This document shows, piece by piece, positions 12,111-23,543 of a stretch of 64,000 nt of DNA. The notes beneath the pieces were generated by a model, which did not search any database, was not told the origin of the DNA, and was given only the letters and a program-made list of their open reading frames with translations. Position 1 is the stretch's first letter. Every line of letters begins with the position of its first letter. A program made the translations under genes and the position numbers. This DNA is from Rhodosorus marinus CCMP1338 (taxonomy: Eukaryota; Plantae; Rhodophyta), in contig JAMWBK010000003.1 of the NCBI GenBank assembly GCA_029953675.1, forward strand, positions 3,038,001 through 3,102,000, in the 5' to 3' direction.

Positions 12111-13043
12111 CAGTTGATCCGTCGAGAAACTAGCGACTGCAATCATATTTGACCCGGGACATCATCGCTCGCACATCGAGTCAGAAGTTACTTCCCCATT
12201 GATCCACCATGCTTGCCTATGGTCCTCTACGCGAATCTGAATCAACGAATACCTGGGAAACGAACAGTTCAAACCGGACAACTACTCGTCTTTTATTAGC
12301 AAGAATCGTGGCGGACTTTCACAGATATCCTGAGCACCCAGCCGTAGCCATGGTAGCGTTTTTCTCTCCTGGGAGACATCATAGTTGCGACCTTCTCCGC
12401 ACACATCCTGAGCCGACTCTTAAGATGATGCCTGCATCCGTCGTTTCGCCAAAAAGACAACAGAAATTCTCTCTTTCAAGGCCACCTAGATCGAACTCCA
12501 TATTCGCGATGCCGATGATTAGCTGTAAACTTGACGAAATTCGAGGTGTATGGATGAGGACTTAAAAAGGCGCTAAGGGGGCAAGGGGGCACCACTTCTA
12601 CAGCTGCGGCCATTGTGAGCAATTCTCCCGTCAGACATTCCTGTGTGCTGGTACGTCTGGACAAGAGCGAGATCTTTGGAAGGAGTGGCTCGCGGACTCA
12701 GAGACCATGGCGTAGACATAGCTTGCTGACTTTAGAAGTTGTTCTCCTCCACATATATTTATCCAACCACCGTTAAAATCGCACGTACTCTCGCGGTGTA
12801 CTCGTCGACACGCCCCTTTGCTCTTAAGAGGTTAAAGTCCTGAATCCGTAGCCATGGGAGGTGGCTCGGAAAATCTATTTTGGAGGGGCCAAGGCAGTCC
12901 CTGCTTTCCATTGGGAAAGTGCTTCCCTTACTCGCTGTGCAAAGGAACCCGTTGAGGTCGAGCAAAGGCATCTTGTTTTATATACTTACAACGGAAGCTC
13001 TGTTCGCATTCGGCGGCAGAGGTTCCCTAACTCACTGTGGCAA

Positions 13044-13834
13044 TTAGCTCATGAAACTGCTGGTACTAGATTCAGTTTCTGCTCCTGATCTGTACTGAGT
13101 TTTCTCTCTTTCAGCCATTTCCTGTCTCATTTTCTGGATTTCTTCAGGAGAGGGCGCTAAAACGGCACAAGAGCGGTGTTGGAAATGCTGTCAACGAAAC
13201 TGGGAATCGCATCATCACAGAAGTATGCGTGACAAAAGGATGCCCGTCTTACCTAATGAGTTTGACATTCTTGTTAATCCAATAGCCATTCCCTCAATCA
13301 AAGCGAGAAGAAGGCCTCCAACAGCTGCGGACTTGGCCATAGCTGAAGGACCGCTCCTGGCAGCCAAGACACCTCCAGTAATGGCGCCAGACGCTATACT
13401 GTTCCATGGATCTTCCTTCCCTCGTACTCCAACCAGCAAACAATCAAACGACGAAAAAACTCCTCCCCAAACCGCGAATGAACCTCCCAGTGCCGGTCCT
13501 TTTACTTTAACCGCATCGATCGCTCCCAAAAAGCGCTGTCCTCGCGGTGAATTTCTCGCTCCTTTGAAGAAATGCCATATCGAGCCTCCTATTGCACCCA
13601 TTCCAAATGCGCCGCCAACATCTAATCAACCGCCAACAAAATGAGCACAAACAGAAACACACGATCAGTCAGCAAAACAGCCCAGAACAAAATAGAAAAC
13701 ACATCGCCACCAAATTCATCGCATCGCAGAGGAACAGATAAAAACAATGACTACAAACAAACAACACAAGGAAACTCACCGTCCAAAATCCGATCAGGAC
13801 AAGGGTCCCGAACATGTTCCACACTATCGCTCAT
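13044..13834 (-). CDS. TIM17: Mitochondrial inner membrane translocase subunit Tim17, 3 exons
   Basis: Spliced product [18 protein letters not shown]|[13 protein letters not shown]...[24 protein letters not shown]...LLALIEG, then a last exon [12 protein letters not shown]...FMS*. Confidence 0.93.
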
Positions 13835-14881
13835 CTCCAAAGCCTAAACTCCCCAAACCCACCAAAAAACCTCAGATTCCTTCCCAGAACCCACCCACCC
13901 ACATTACCAACCCTACCTCCCCCCCGCCCCTCTCCCCGATCTCTTCCCAAAACCCAAAACCAACCCAAAACAACCTAATATACACAACCTTCAAACCTCC
14001 TCCCTCCCAACAAATCTATTATACAATAGCTCCCTCCTCATCACTCAACCCTCTTTCCTCCTTCCTCCGCCTTTTCACCCCGATACCTCATTCACCACAC
14101 CCCCCCCCCAAAAAAAAAACCAAATACCTCACAATTCCTCCCCACCGCCTCCACACATCCCCCCCACCAATTCCCCGTTTTCCAGTTTCCAGTCTCCTCT
14201 TCCCCTTAATCAAAGTAGACTGTTTATTTCATTTTCCCTCCTTCTTCCCCTTCCGCGGCCCTTTTGTTAGCGTTTTTTTTTTCGCCTTTCCTCTTTTTCC
14301 GCTTTTTCAACGTCCACATACAATATGAGAATATGAAAATGTCATCATATCATACGTCGGCAGCGAGTCACCTATCCATCCAAAGATAGTAGAAAGAAAA
14401 ACTCCCCTCCCCCTTCCCTTAAAAACGAAATAGCTTAATTACCCTCGACAAAATATCAAAATTGAAAGAAGCCAAACCCGACGAAATCGAAGGAAGAAAA
14501 AAAATATTGAGGAGGTGAGATATATTGATTGATTCAGTCTATTTTAATTGTTTTGGTATATTTCTGGTATGATTTGTATTTAAGTAATTTTTGTACGTGT
14601 TTGAGATGTTTTGGAAAACATTTTGCTTCTCTGGATTCTTGTGGTGTAGGAGGGGGTTATCGGGATAACACCGATTTCATGAATATGTTGAGTTTTGAAG
14701 TTATTGGAGGTATTTGGAATAAGATTCGGAGAAAGTTGAGGGGGTGGGGGAACGGGGAGGATATATGTTTAGGAGATTGACGACAGTCGTTCAGTAAAGT
14801 GGAAGCGGTGGTCGGGCTCGAGAATGTTTGGGTGAGGGGGTGTGACTGCTTAGAATGGGAGGCCATTTGTTTTCGGATCAG

Positions 14882-15423
14882 ATGAAAATTGATTGTCCAG
14901 GATGCGGAGGTGGAAGTGGGTTAGAAATCCGACCTTAGATCGTGCGGTTTTTGCCTTTTGTTTTAGGTGCTTGTCGATGCGCGCTTTGCGGTGGTGGAGG
15001 CGCGGCTTTGTTGCCTTGCTCAGGAAGTACGGGCGTCGTGTCCGGTATGTTCATATCCTACGAGAACAGTAACACACAGAAGAATGACCTAGTGCTTCTA
15101 GGGGTATGATTCTGTATCCATGGAACCACAGATTTGTATTTCTCTTAGACAGCTCGCAGAGGGCTCTAGGCGTGTGGAGTCGGAAGTTGCGAGCAGAAAG
15201 CATGGCCACCATCCCTTGCAAGTGGACAACGAATCGTTCATCAATCCCAATAGCTCAGGAGTCCTTGATCTCCAGCTCTTCGGACACTGCATCCAGATCA
15301 GCACCAACTGCTGGCACCCAGGGCAACACTCAACCTCTGAGCATGGCGAATGCCCGCTCACGTCTACCATCCGCTCAGTCCATACTTTTCAGTACCAATC
15401 GACTTGTTCGGAAATTCAGTTGA
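14882..15423 (+). CDS. Possible small multi-exon gene, unidentified
   Basis: Segment MKIDCPGCGGGSG and a 78-nt internal exon flanked by TTTTAG and GTATGT sites. The reading frame could not be fixed. Confidence 0.2.
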
Positions 15424-16412
15424 GCTTGAAGGTTGCCAAACGTCTGCTTGGCGACATCCAAATTCAGACTCTTAAGTTAAATCTATTCTTTCCAAAAAGA
15501 AGAACTTTTTACGACAGTCGGTCTTATTCAATAGTCTATCCAATTGAAAATTTATCCGACGCTCTTTCACAACCCCTACTTAGGGGGACTACTTCTATAG
15601 TAATAAACCAATAAATATCAATTCTAAAATATAATTGAACAATATTTGTTTTGTGTATCTTAGGAGTATCAGGGGTAGGTTCAGACCAATAAAAAGGTCA
15701 ATTTTCTATATTTAGATGCTAAACGCACTAGATTTTCCGTTTCTTTCTGTTTCCGGAGATAAGTCTGCAATATAATTTATCAGAAAAAAAGGAGAGGTTG
15801 CAGGCTTTCAGATAGTAATATACAGTATGAATACTAAATACTTTATTGTTTGCTAAAACAAATTGAATTGGGATTGTATGTAGATGGTATTATTTAGTGC
15901 ACTTTAGGATTGACGATAAAATTGCAAGATCTGAATGTCACATATCGCTAACACGGACGCCAACTCCGTGAACGAAAGGTGTGGACGAGGGTAGGGAGGC
16001 CAGGCATAGGGTTGAAGAGCAGAGAACCTTTCGGAGACAAAGCCAGGGCGAAGACACTGAAACAAGGCTAGCAGATTGGTTCCTCAGGTGACCATTGGCC
16101 TCGTGAAAATCCCCCCTTTTTTGTTGCGTGGTTTGTTTTTTGTTTGTTATCAAACTGTTGATGCTCTTGTGTTCAAGTTCATCTCTGCCTGTGGCTGCGC
16201 TGCTGCTCCTGTGACCGACAAGGTTGTAAATTTCATTTTGATATAGAGGTCTGACTCCAGTGTTGCCAAGCTGTTGGTATTCACCTGGCCTACATAGCTG
16301 TTGGAGAACTGGCCGTTGACAGTCTCTAATGAAAGTTAACTACTGAGGGACTCGTGAGAGCTGCATATGTCGAGTTCGTTTTCTGCTGACGTACTACGGA
16401 ACTAGCTCAGAA

Positions 16413-17736
16413 ATGAACTATACTGACCATTTCATCTTCAACCGAAGAAGGGAACCCGGGTATACAGGTCCCGAGTTTTCAAGACTTGGTAACACCTTGG
16501 CTGAATTTGTCAGCAGGTGAGTACAGGCGAAGCTCCAGAGAGAGTTAGAATCCAGATTCAGTATACAAGCGACTTTAGATTCTTTGGAGGCTTATAGCAG
16601 AATCTGCTCTATTTTTGCGCCACAGAAATTGGGCCAACAGCTGCAGGCTCCTTGGAAGCGCTTGCATTTTGTGTCAACTCGTATGGGAGGCAATCGTGCT
16701 GTTGATTAGCGCAGGTCAGCACTGCGACCAGCCTATGAAAATGTGGCTGAAGGTTCTGATCGTTCTTCAAGTACGAGAATCTCTGGCATTCTCTCTTCTT
16801 GCTAATTTTGAATGGCCGACTAAAGTGCTCCAACCCTCCAGACTTTAACAATATTGCTACAGATGCTCAAAATCGCCATCGCACAGGGCTGTCTGGTGAA
16901 TAAGTAGGGCACAAGGCACTCAAGCTTTTTTGTGATACATTGTTCCTGACCGGCCGCGTTTCCTCGACAGGTGCCTTCCACTAAGAAAACTATGTTGGAC
17001 CCTTCGAGGCAGTTCGACGGAAGATCGAGGAGATGGCGTGACTGGTAGCAGTCAGCAGAGTCAGAACGCTTCTTCCTCTCTTTGGGATAGGGAAATCAGA
17101 GCACTGTCGGCTCTGAACTTCGCGTGGTATATTGTCGGCTCTGGTTTGGTCGCACAGAGTAGCTCATGCGTACGCAAATTCTATGGTGCTTGGTTTTCAT
17201 TTTATATTCTCTTTACAGACAATAGAACTGAGCCAACTGGGTTGTTCATCTCTGTGTCCCACAGGCGGAGACGACCCCGCACGTATACAGGACGGTCTTC
17301 ATTCTCCTCCTTACTTACTACGTACTCTTGGGGCTTCCGGCAGCGTTCATTTTGGTCATGCTTTTCTGCTTCCCTTTCGTCGTCCAGTTCATTCGGTTTG
17401 CAGCTGGTCGCACACTTCGGCAACCCCGCGGTGCGTCACAGGAAGAGGTCTCCAACCTCGCATCAGAAAAATTCGAGCCGGATGATACGTCTGAGGAAGA
17501 CAGAAGCTGCGTTATATGCCTTTCCGACTACGACGTTGGTGATATGTTGCGAATACTTCCGTGCCAGGTGAGAAGACGGGTAGCAAAGAGGAGGTTCTCC
17601 ATCCTTCAGATTCTGATCGCCGTCTTTCTTTGAAAATGGTTAGCACGCGTTCCATGGGAAGTGTGTGGATCATTGGCTTCAACTGGACAAATCATGTCCC
17701 CTGTGCAAGCAGGACATCGATATCATTGACGTTTAG
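16413..17736 (+). CDS. Transmembrane RING-H2 E3 ubiquitin ligase, multi-exon; start uncertain
   Basis: RING-H2 CVICLSDYDVGDMLRILPC|HAFHGKCVDHWLQLDKSCPLCKQDI. Upstream hydrophobic exons include CDQPMKMWLKV, NFAWYIVG and MGLPAAFILVMLFCFPF. Confidence 0.88.
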
Positions 17737-17856
17737 GAGGACGAGACTCGCTTTAAACTATTTATCCAGGGGACGTTAGGTATAGTTAGTAGAACGGGCG
17801 TTGGATTTCTTTCATGCACGTTCGGACGCGGCAAATAAGGACCAGCAACAGCACCT

Positions 17857-18972
17857 TCAACTCAGAGCAAACCTTCGAAGAGCGTTTCCACAGACACATT
17901 GCTTATCAAGTTTCGGGTAGGAAGCTTCCATGTTGAGACCGCATCCCCCGCAGGTAACCGATAGCTTTTCGCACGGCCCGAGTTTACATATGTACAAGTG
18001 CTTCTGCTGGTACAGGACAATGTGGTGAACTTCGAGTCCGTGGCGGGATGTCCCTTGGACATCAGTGGTTGCTGAATCTGCTCGCTTTCTTGCTTCAAGC
18101 GCGGCTGCTGAAGATGAGCGAACTCCATCGGCATCTGTGTCGGCCACTATCTCTCCAGTTTGAAGCAGATGACGAATATTCGCAAAGTTCACAGGAAGCA
18201 GGAGGAAAGAGCCATTGCCCTTCAGGACCCTCGCCACCTCCTTTAGATATCCGGCGAGTTTCGAGGTGCCTTCGCCAGTTACAAAACAGTCCAAGCAACC
18301 TTTGTCTACTACAACGCTAAAGGAAGAGCTGCGTATCCCCTGAAGACCTTGGGTAACGTCCATGACTCGAAAATCTATGTCCACAGACTGCGCTATGGCC
18401 TCCTTCTTCAGGAACTCAATCGCCTCCTCCACAAAGTCAACACCGACGAGCTTGAGCTCTTGGATCCTCTCGGAAGTGTCAGAAGACCCGTTCGCCAGAG
18501 TAAATAACAACGGGCTAGTTCCACAGCCAATATCCAGTACGGAGTCCCCATCGACTTTATCTACTTCCGTCGAAACGAACTCAGGCAGCCATTCGGCTGA
18601 GTACCATTCGTAAAATTCCAACTCATCGCCGTCGGATTTATAAAATTTGCTCCAGTATTCCACTTTATCGAACGACCCGCTCTCCTTAACCAGAGGAGAA
18701 GCACAAAGTACATAAGACAAGAAGCGGTTAGAGTGACCTCCAATCCGAACACATGGAATAAGACGAAGGCCCTTCCAGCATACCTGATCCTCTGTCATTT
18801 CGTTGCTCAAAACTGGGTCTTCCAAGTATTCGGAATTGTCCAACCGTCCACAGTCTTGGAAAGACATCCATTCTGATCGGTAGCGGTCGTTCTCCTTTCG
18901 TCGCCCCGAAGACCTGAAGACCTCTGGAGACTGCCTAGCGTGCGGAAAACGATGAGTGCGTGACATCGGCAT
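17857..18972 (-). CDS. Class I SAM-dependent methyltransferase (EEF1AKMT4/METTL13-N-like) with a Cys-rich C-terminus
   Basis: Motifs YWSKFY, FYEWY, VLDIGCGTS, GVDFVEEAI, VMDVT and FSVVVDKGCLDCF. True start may lie downstream of 18972. Confidence 0.85.
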   Translation of the reverse strand: MPMSRTHRFPHARQSPEVFRSSGRRKENDRYRSEWMSFQDCGRLDNSEYLEDPVLSNEMTEDQVCWKGLRLIPCVRIGGHSNRFLSYVLCASPLVKESGSFDKVEYWSKFYKSDGDELEFYEWYSAEWLPEFVSTEVDKVDGDSVLDIGCGTSPLLFTLANGSSDTSERIQELKLVGVDFVEEAIEFLKKEAIAQSVDIDFRVMDVTQGLQGIRSSSFSVVVDKGCLDCFVTGEGTSKLAGYLKEVARVLKGNGSFLLLPVNFANIRHLLQTGEIVADTDADGVRSSSAAALEARKRADSATTDVQGTSRHGLEVHHIVLYQQKHLYICKLGPCEKLSVTCGGCGLNMEASYPKLDKQCVCGNALRRFALS

Positions 18973-19965
18973 GGAAAACTTTTGTGAGTTTAGATGGATT
19001 TCAGTAGCGCAACTGTCGAGTGCTTACTAGTTCTGTTACTAGTTCGAGTGAGAGACTCGCCAAAGGGCTTCTGGGGTATGGAACCCCCACTCCCGTTTGC
19101 AAAGCTATTGATGCTGTGTATACTTAAGAAAGAGATTCTCGAGTGGTTTTCGATCAGGGCGGGCTGAACTGAGATGGAGTTCATTGGCATCTCGGAGCCG
19201 TTGCTGGCAGTGCTTTTAGGCCAATATGATTTCGCCTCTTGAACTGTCGCGTAACCATTATGCTTGCGAGTGACGCGCCACAGCGAGTGACTTGTTGTCT
19301 GCCACAGTTTGTATTTGATTATGGATTGCCCAGCGGTCTTGTTGACGGCTGAGACTAACCAAGGTCGGCGATACTTCAGGACAGAGCACAATCAGCCTGG
19401 TCATTCAGCGTCTTGGTACAGGCAATTCATTGTCAGCATGAAAAGTGCCTCTACGCTAGTGATCGATAGCACGGTACCCAGGCCCCTATCAAAACGGGAG
19501 CACTCGAAAAGCACCGATACCAGGTATAATGCTGACGTTGTTTTTTCTTAATATACAATCAGTAGAATCCTGTCCAGGACCTGCGGCAAGAACAGACCCT
19601 TGAACGCAGCTTGCATGACAAGGTCAAGTCGGTGCAGTCACCAGACGACAAAACAACATGCTTGACTCATTCAGTTGAACCTGCTCGCAATCCCGGAGTT
19701 TTGCGCAGTCACAGTATGATCCGCCATCGGTTCAGATACTGATCATATTCTTGCTCCAGTCTTCGCCAACGCCGGCTATGATGGACGCTCAGCGACGTAA
19801 GCTAATAGCTCAGCAAAATGCGCCGGCCGACGAGAAGTATCGCCATGTTCCAAAGCTCAGCTTCCATCACGAAGCAAACGCGGATATTCAGGTAAGCCCC
19901 TCCTTAGACAGTGGTAGTTAAAGCAGGTGTGAGCTTCAGCGTCTAGGCCTATTTTTTAATTGTCC

Positions 19966-20140
19966 TCCATATACCAATCTGCTGGCAGTGCTTATTCTCA
20001 TTCCTATCCTCAGCTATCCCAGTGCACGCCAGACCCTGAAGCATTCAGGCACGGATAGTCTCTTTTTGTTCAGATTTTTTTTTCTCGTAATTGTCTTCCA
20101 GCCCATCTGCGGCTCGAAAATGAAAGTGCGGAGGAGCTTT
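19966..20140. repeat. ~170-bp diverged repeat unit 1
   Basis: Blocks CCAATCTG, GCAGTGCTTATTCTCA, CCCTGAAGCATTCAGG, GTCTCTTTTTGTTCAGATTTTTTTT and ATGAAAG..GGAGGA are shared with units at 21460-22295 and 23958-24120. Confidence 0.9.
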
Positions 20141-21451
20141 GAATTAACGTGATAAAAGGGCACGCCCTATAGGAGTATAGGATCAGCGCTCCACACGCTG
20201 CTCTAATGCATATTGTGGTATTAATTTCAAGGTTTTGCCCTAAAATGTGCCCTATCCTATAATCAAATCGTCGATTCCAACCCGATTGCTCAGACTTTGG
20301 TCCCCGATAGCAGCCCTATGCAAGGCCCAATGGAAGCCCTATGGAAGCCCTATGGCCCTATGCCGCAGGGTTCTTCGGTGCGAACCTCCAGGAGATGAGT
20401 TGTGAAATCGGTGGGATGGGGTTCGAGCTTGTAAGATCGGTTCTGTTGGATGGTTAGCGGAGTAAGAACACTGAATATGATCCAACAAGGGTGCTCTGTC
20501 GGAGGTGTGGTTGAACTACATCCGTCTGCGGTTTCGAATCTGACGTTTCAACTATTGTTTAATCATTCATGCACCCCTTAGTCAAGCGAAGAGCTCTTCC
20601 TGTTTAGAGAGCTGAGATTTACTGTGTTGAACGCGTTCCTTGTTGCAGTCGGTGGTAACCAGGAGAGTTGAGGTCCAGAGCTTCCCCGGAGGAGCTGGCT
20701 GGACATCTTTTTCTTGATGTGTTTATGTTTGGTTTGTGGCTTACCACAACCGTTACCCTACGTTGAGACCTTTTTTTGAACTGCGTTCTGTTGCGGAGCG
20801 TTTCATCTACTCCCAATTACTGTCTTAGTTTTCATGCTCTCAGGCTTGTTACTAAAGATATGCTTTTTGTTAAGTGGACATTGACTTTCTCCTCTAAGAT
20901 CGGGTCCGAGATATCAGCATCAAGATGTGCTGAAGTATCGAACTCCTGGACATTTGTTTTCAGACTTCTTTTCTTGCTTCCGTTCCGGGAGGAGGTGAAA
21001 CCGTTGCTTTGCCAGTTCGCATTGACTCTACCTCAAAGTTGCAATCGTGTATGCAGTTGAATTTTTCATCGTCATGCATTTATTCAGAGCCCAACTGCCC
21101 CGAGTAAAAGCGAGTGTTCCGTGGATTTCTGAGAGGGCTTTTCCTCCCAAATCTTTCGAAGCAGGTAGGTCCTTCATAGACTATAGTATAGTGAATTTTA
21201 ATTTAATAATTCATCATAATGATAGGGCGATGATTTTTCTTGATAATACGAGTGTATTTCAAAATAGCCTATTTTAGAAATAATATCGACACTACCATAG
21301 GGCATGGATTAATAGTACTTTTACTGCATAAGGCAAATGAAATAGCATTAAAAATGGCGTCTATGCCCCCTATGAACATGCCTAATATTCGAGGGGTACC
21401 TCTCGAGTTTTTTCATTTTTCATTATGGGGTGGCCCTATGGCCCTTTTACA
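20140..21451. mobile_element. 1.3-kb insertion interrupting the repeat array (solo-LTR-like or DNA-transposon relic)
   Basis: Starts TG and ends CA, flanked by AGCTT at 20135-20139 and 21452-21456. Near-terminal inverted repeat TAAAAGGGC/GCCCTTTTA. Multiple GCCCTAT motifs near both ends. Interior has only stop-interrupted frames. Confidence 0.45.
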
Positions 21452-21459
21452 AGCTTTAG

Positions 21460-22295
21460 TTACATATTTATCCCAATCTGTACTGAAGCACTCATCACAG
21501 GGTAGTCTCTTTTTGTTCAGATTTTTTTTTCCTGCTAATTGCCTTCCACCGAGCTGCTGTTGCGGTGTAGAAATGAAGGCACGTAGGAACCATATAATCC
21601 ACAATCTAACCGGCAGTTCCCATTCCTATCCTCGGCTGTCTCCATGCACGCCCAACCCTGAGGCATTTAGGAACGGGTAGTCTCTTTTTGCTCAGATTTT
21701 TTTTTCCACGGTTAATTGCCCTCCATGCCAATCTGCTGCTAGAAGGAAAATATAACCGTGGGAACCTTATATCCCAATCTGCGGGCATAGCTTATTCTCA
21801 TTCCGGTTCTCAGCTGTCCCGATCGCACGCCAAACCCTGAAGCATTCAGGAAGGGGTAGTCTCTTTCTGTTCAGATTTTTTTGCCAGTTAATTCCCTGCA
21901 TCCATCTGCTGCTGCAGCGTGGAAACGAAAGCACGGAGGAACCGTACACCCTAATCTGCGGGCAGTGCTTATTCTCAGTGATATCACAATGTACGCCAAA
22001 CCCTGAAGCGCTCAGGAACGGGTTGTGTCTTTTTGTTCAGATTTTTTTTTCTTGTAATTGTCTACCAGTAGATCTACTGCTTGGCAGCGTAGAAATGAAA
22101 GTGCGGAGGAACCTTGTATTCCAACCCGGGGCAGTGCTTATTCTCATTCCTATCCTCAGCTATCCCCTTACAAGCCAAACCCTGAAGCATTCGGGAACGC
22201 GTAGACTCTTTTTGTTCAGATTTTCTTTTTCGTGTTAATTGCCGTCCGGCCGATCTCCTACAGCATTGTGAGATGAAAGAGCCAAGGAGCCTTAG
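21460..22295. repeat. Tandem array of five ~170-bp diverged units (units 2-6; unit 2 partly deleted)
   Basis: The CTGA(A/G)GC..T(C/T)(A/G) and TTTTTGTTCAGATTTT blocks recur at ~170-180 bp spacing directly upstream of the LOG pseudogene. Confidence 0.92.
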
Positions 22296-22430
22296 CCTTT
22301 GCTAACCCAATTTATTGCTTGGGAATGTCGATCAAAAGGCTTGGGATGAAAGGTGGAGGCTGGTGTGGAGTCTGACTGAATCCAGTATAGAAGTAGTTCC
22401 CACTACGATCGTATCAGATATATGGTCGTT

Positions 22431-23543
22431 ATGAAGATTACGTACCTTGTACAAGTTGCGTCTTCAAGTTCTCGGATCCATGGGACTTCTTTGAAGCTGC
22501 TGAGGAATTGGGTGTAGTGAGTGGTGCATAGTGACGGACTTTTGTCTACATAGGTTCTCGTGATGGCTGAGAGGATGCTCTCTTTTGGTTCTATTTATTT
22601 CCTGCTTTTGCTGGCCTCTCCGATGGTGGTTGTGTCGATTAGCTGCGCCGGCCGAAAGGAAGCATCGCCAAAGGTACCTAGTATAACAGTTTATGCGTTC
22701 TCGGATCCATAGGGACTACGTTGATGCAGCTGAGCGATTGGGTAGAGTGAGTGGTGCATAGTGACGGGCTTGCCCACAAAAGTTCTCGTGATGGCTGAGA
22801 GGAAGCTCTCTTTTGGTTCTGTATGTTTTCTGCTCTTCCTGGCCCCTCCGATGGTGGTTGGTCGAATAGCTTATCGCTGAGAAGAAGTGGAGACAAGTGA
22901 ATGGTGGTGGCAGGACGGGGTTTATGGGCGCATGGACAATGGGTGGAGTGGAAGCGAATGGAGTTGTTGATGCGGTCATTCTCGACATTTTCACTGATGC
23001 TAATATGCACGCTAGGTTGAACTCAGTTCAAGTTGAGGATAGACTATGCAGCGAAAACTTGGCCTTTACGAAGCTGGAGATGCGTTCATTGCTCTGCCCG
23101 GAGGTGAGAAAGGCTAATGGTCAAGACTGGATGTAGTTCACGTGTTGATTGTGGATGGTGTTCGGTGAACGGGTTCTGCTAGGTCTGGGGACGCTCGACG
23201 AGGTGATGGAGGTACTAGCTCTGAGACAGCTAAATATTCACTCGAAACCTGTTGCTCTGCTGAACACACGAGGATACTTCGGCAGGTTCGAGGAGCTCAT
23301 TCGGCACTCTATTGAAGAGGGATTCGTGCGGCAGGAGATCTTGTCAGATATTGCAGTCGTGGACACGCCAGAAGTAAGGGACACCGTCACCGATATATCG
23401 AGTTAGAACCTGGTAATGACCTGAGCAACCCTGTCTAATCGAAACAGAAAGCGATCGAGTTCGTTGAAAACTACAAACCCGTTGAGAAGAACAAGGAGGA
23501 AATCTGGTCCGGTGATATGGGACGCGAGGTAGGGGAAAGATGA
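22431..23543 (+). pseudogene. LOG: LOG (lonely guy) pseudogene with duplicated exon 1/intron 1 and frameshifts
   Basis: High identity to 24608-25503. First exon-1 copy lacks one G (frameshift). Second copy lacks the ATG and has an 8-nt deletion. Exon 2 has a -1 indel (GATAGACTATGCAGCG versus GATAGAATGTACAAGCG). Confidence 0.85.

Noticed and set aside
13747-14328. Pro/Thr-rich ORFs here and at 1798-2313 and 10383-10898
   Set aside because: They arise from C/A-rich skewed 5' flanks that are poor in stop codons; no protein-like signal.
20490-20575. BED zinc-finger-like LCRRC...SNLTFQLLFNH
   Set aside because: It needs a frameshift and lacks one His; too weak to call a transposase.
19966-22295. 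170-bp units as a CRISPR array, tRNAs or hammerhead ribozymes
   Set aside because: Units are too long and diverged, spacers are homologous, and there are no cas genes. No cloverleaf or T-loop. CTGAGGA on the minus strand lacks a paired stem II and GAAA.
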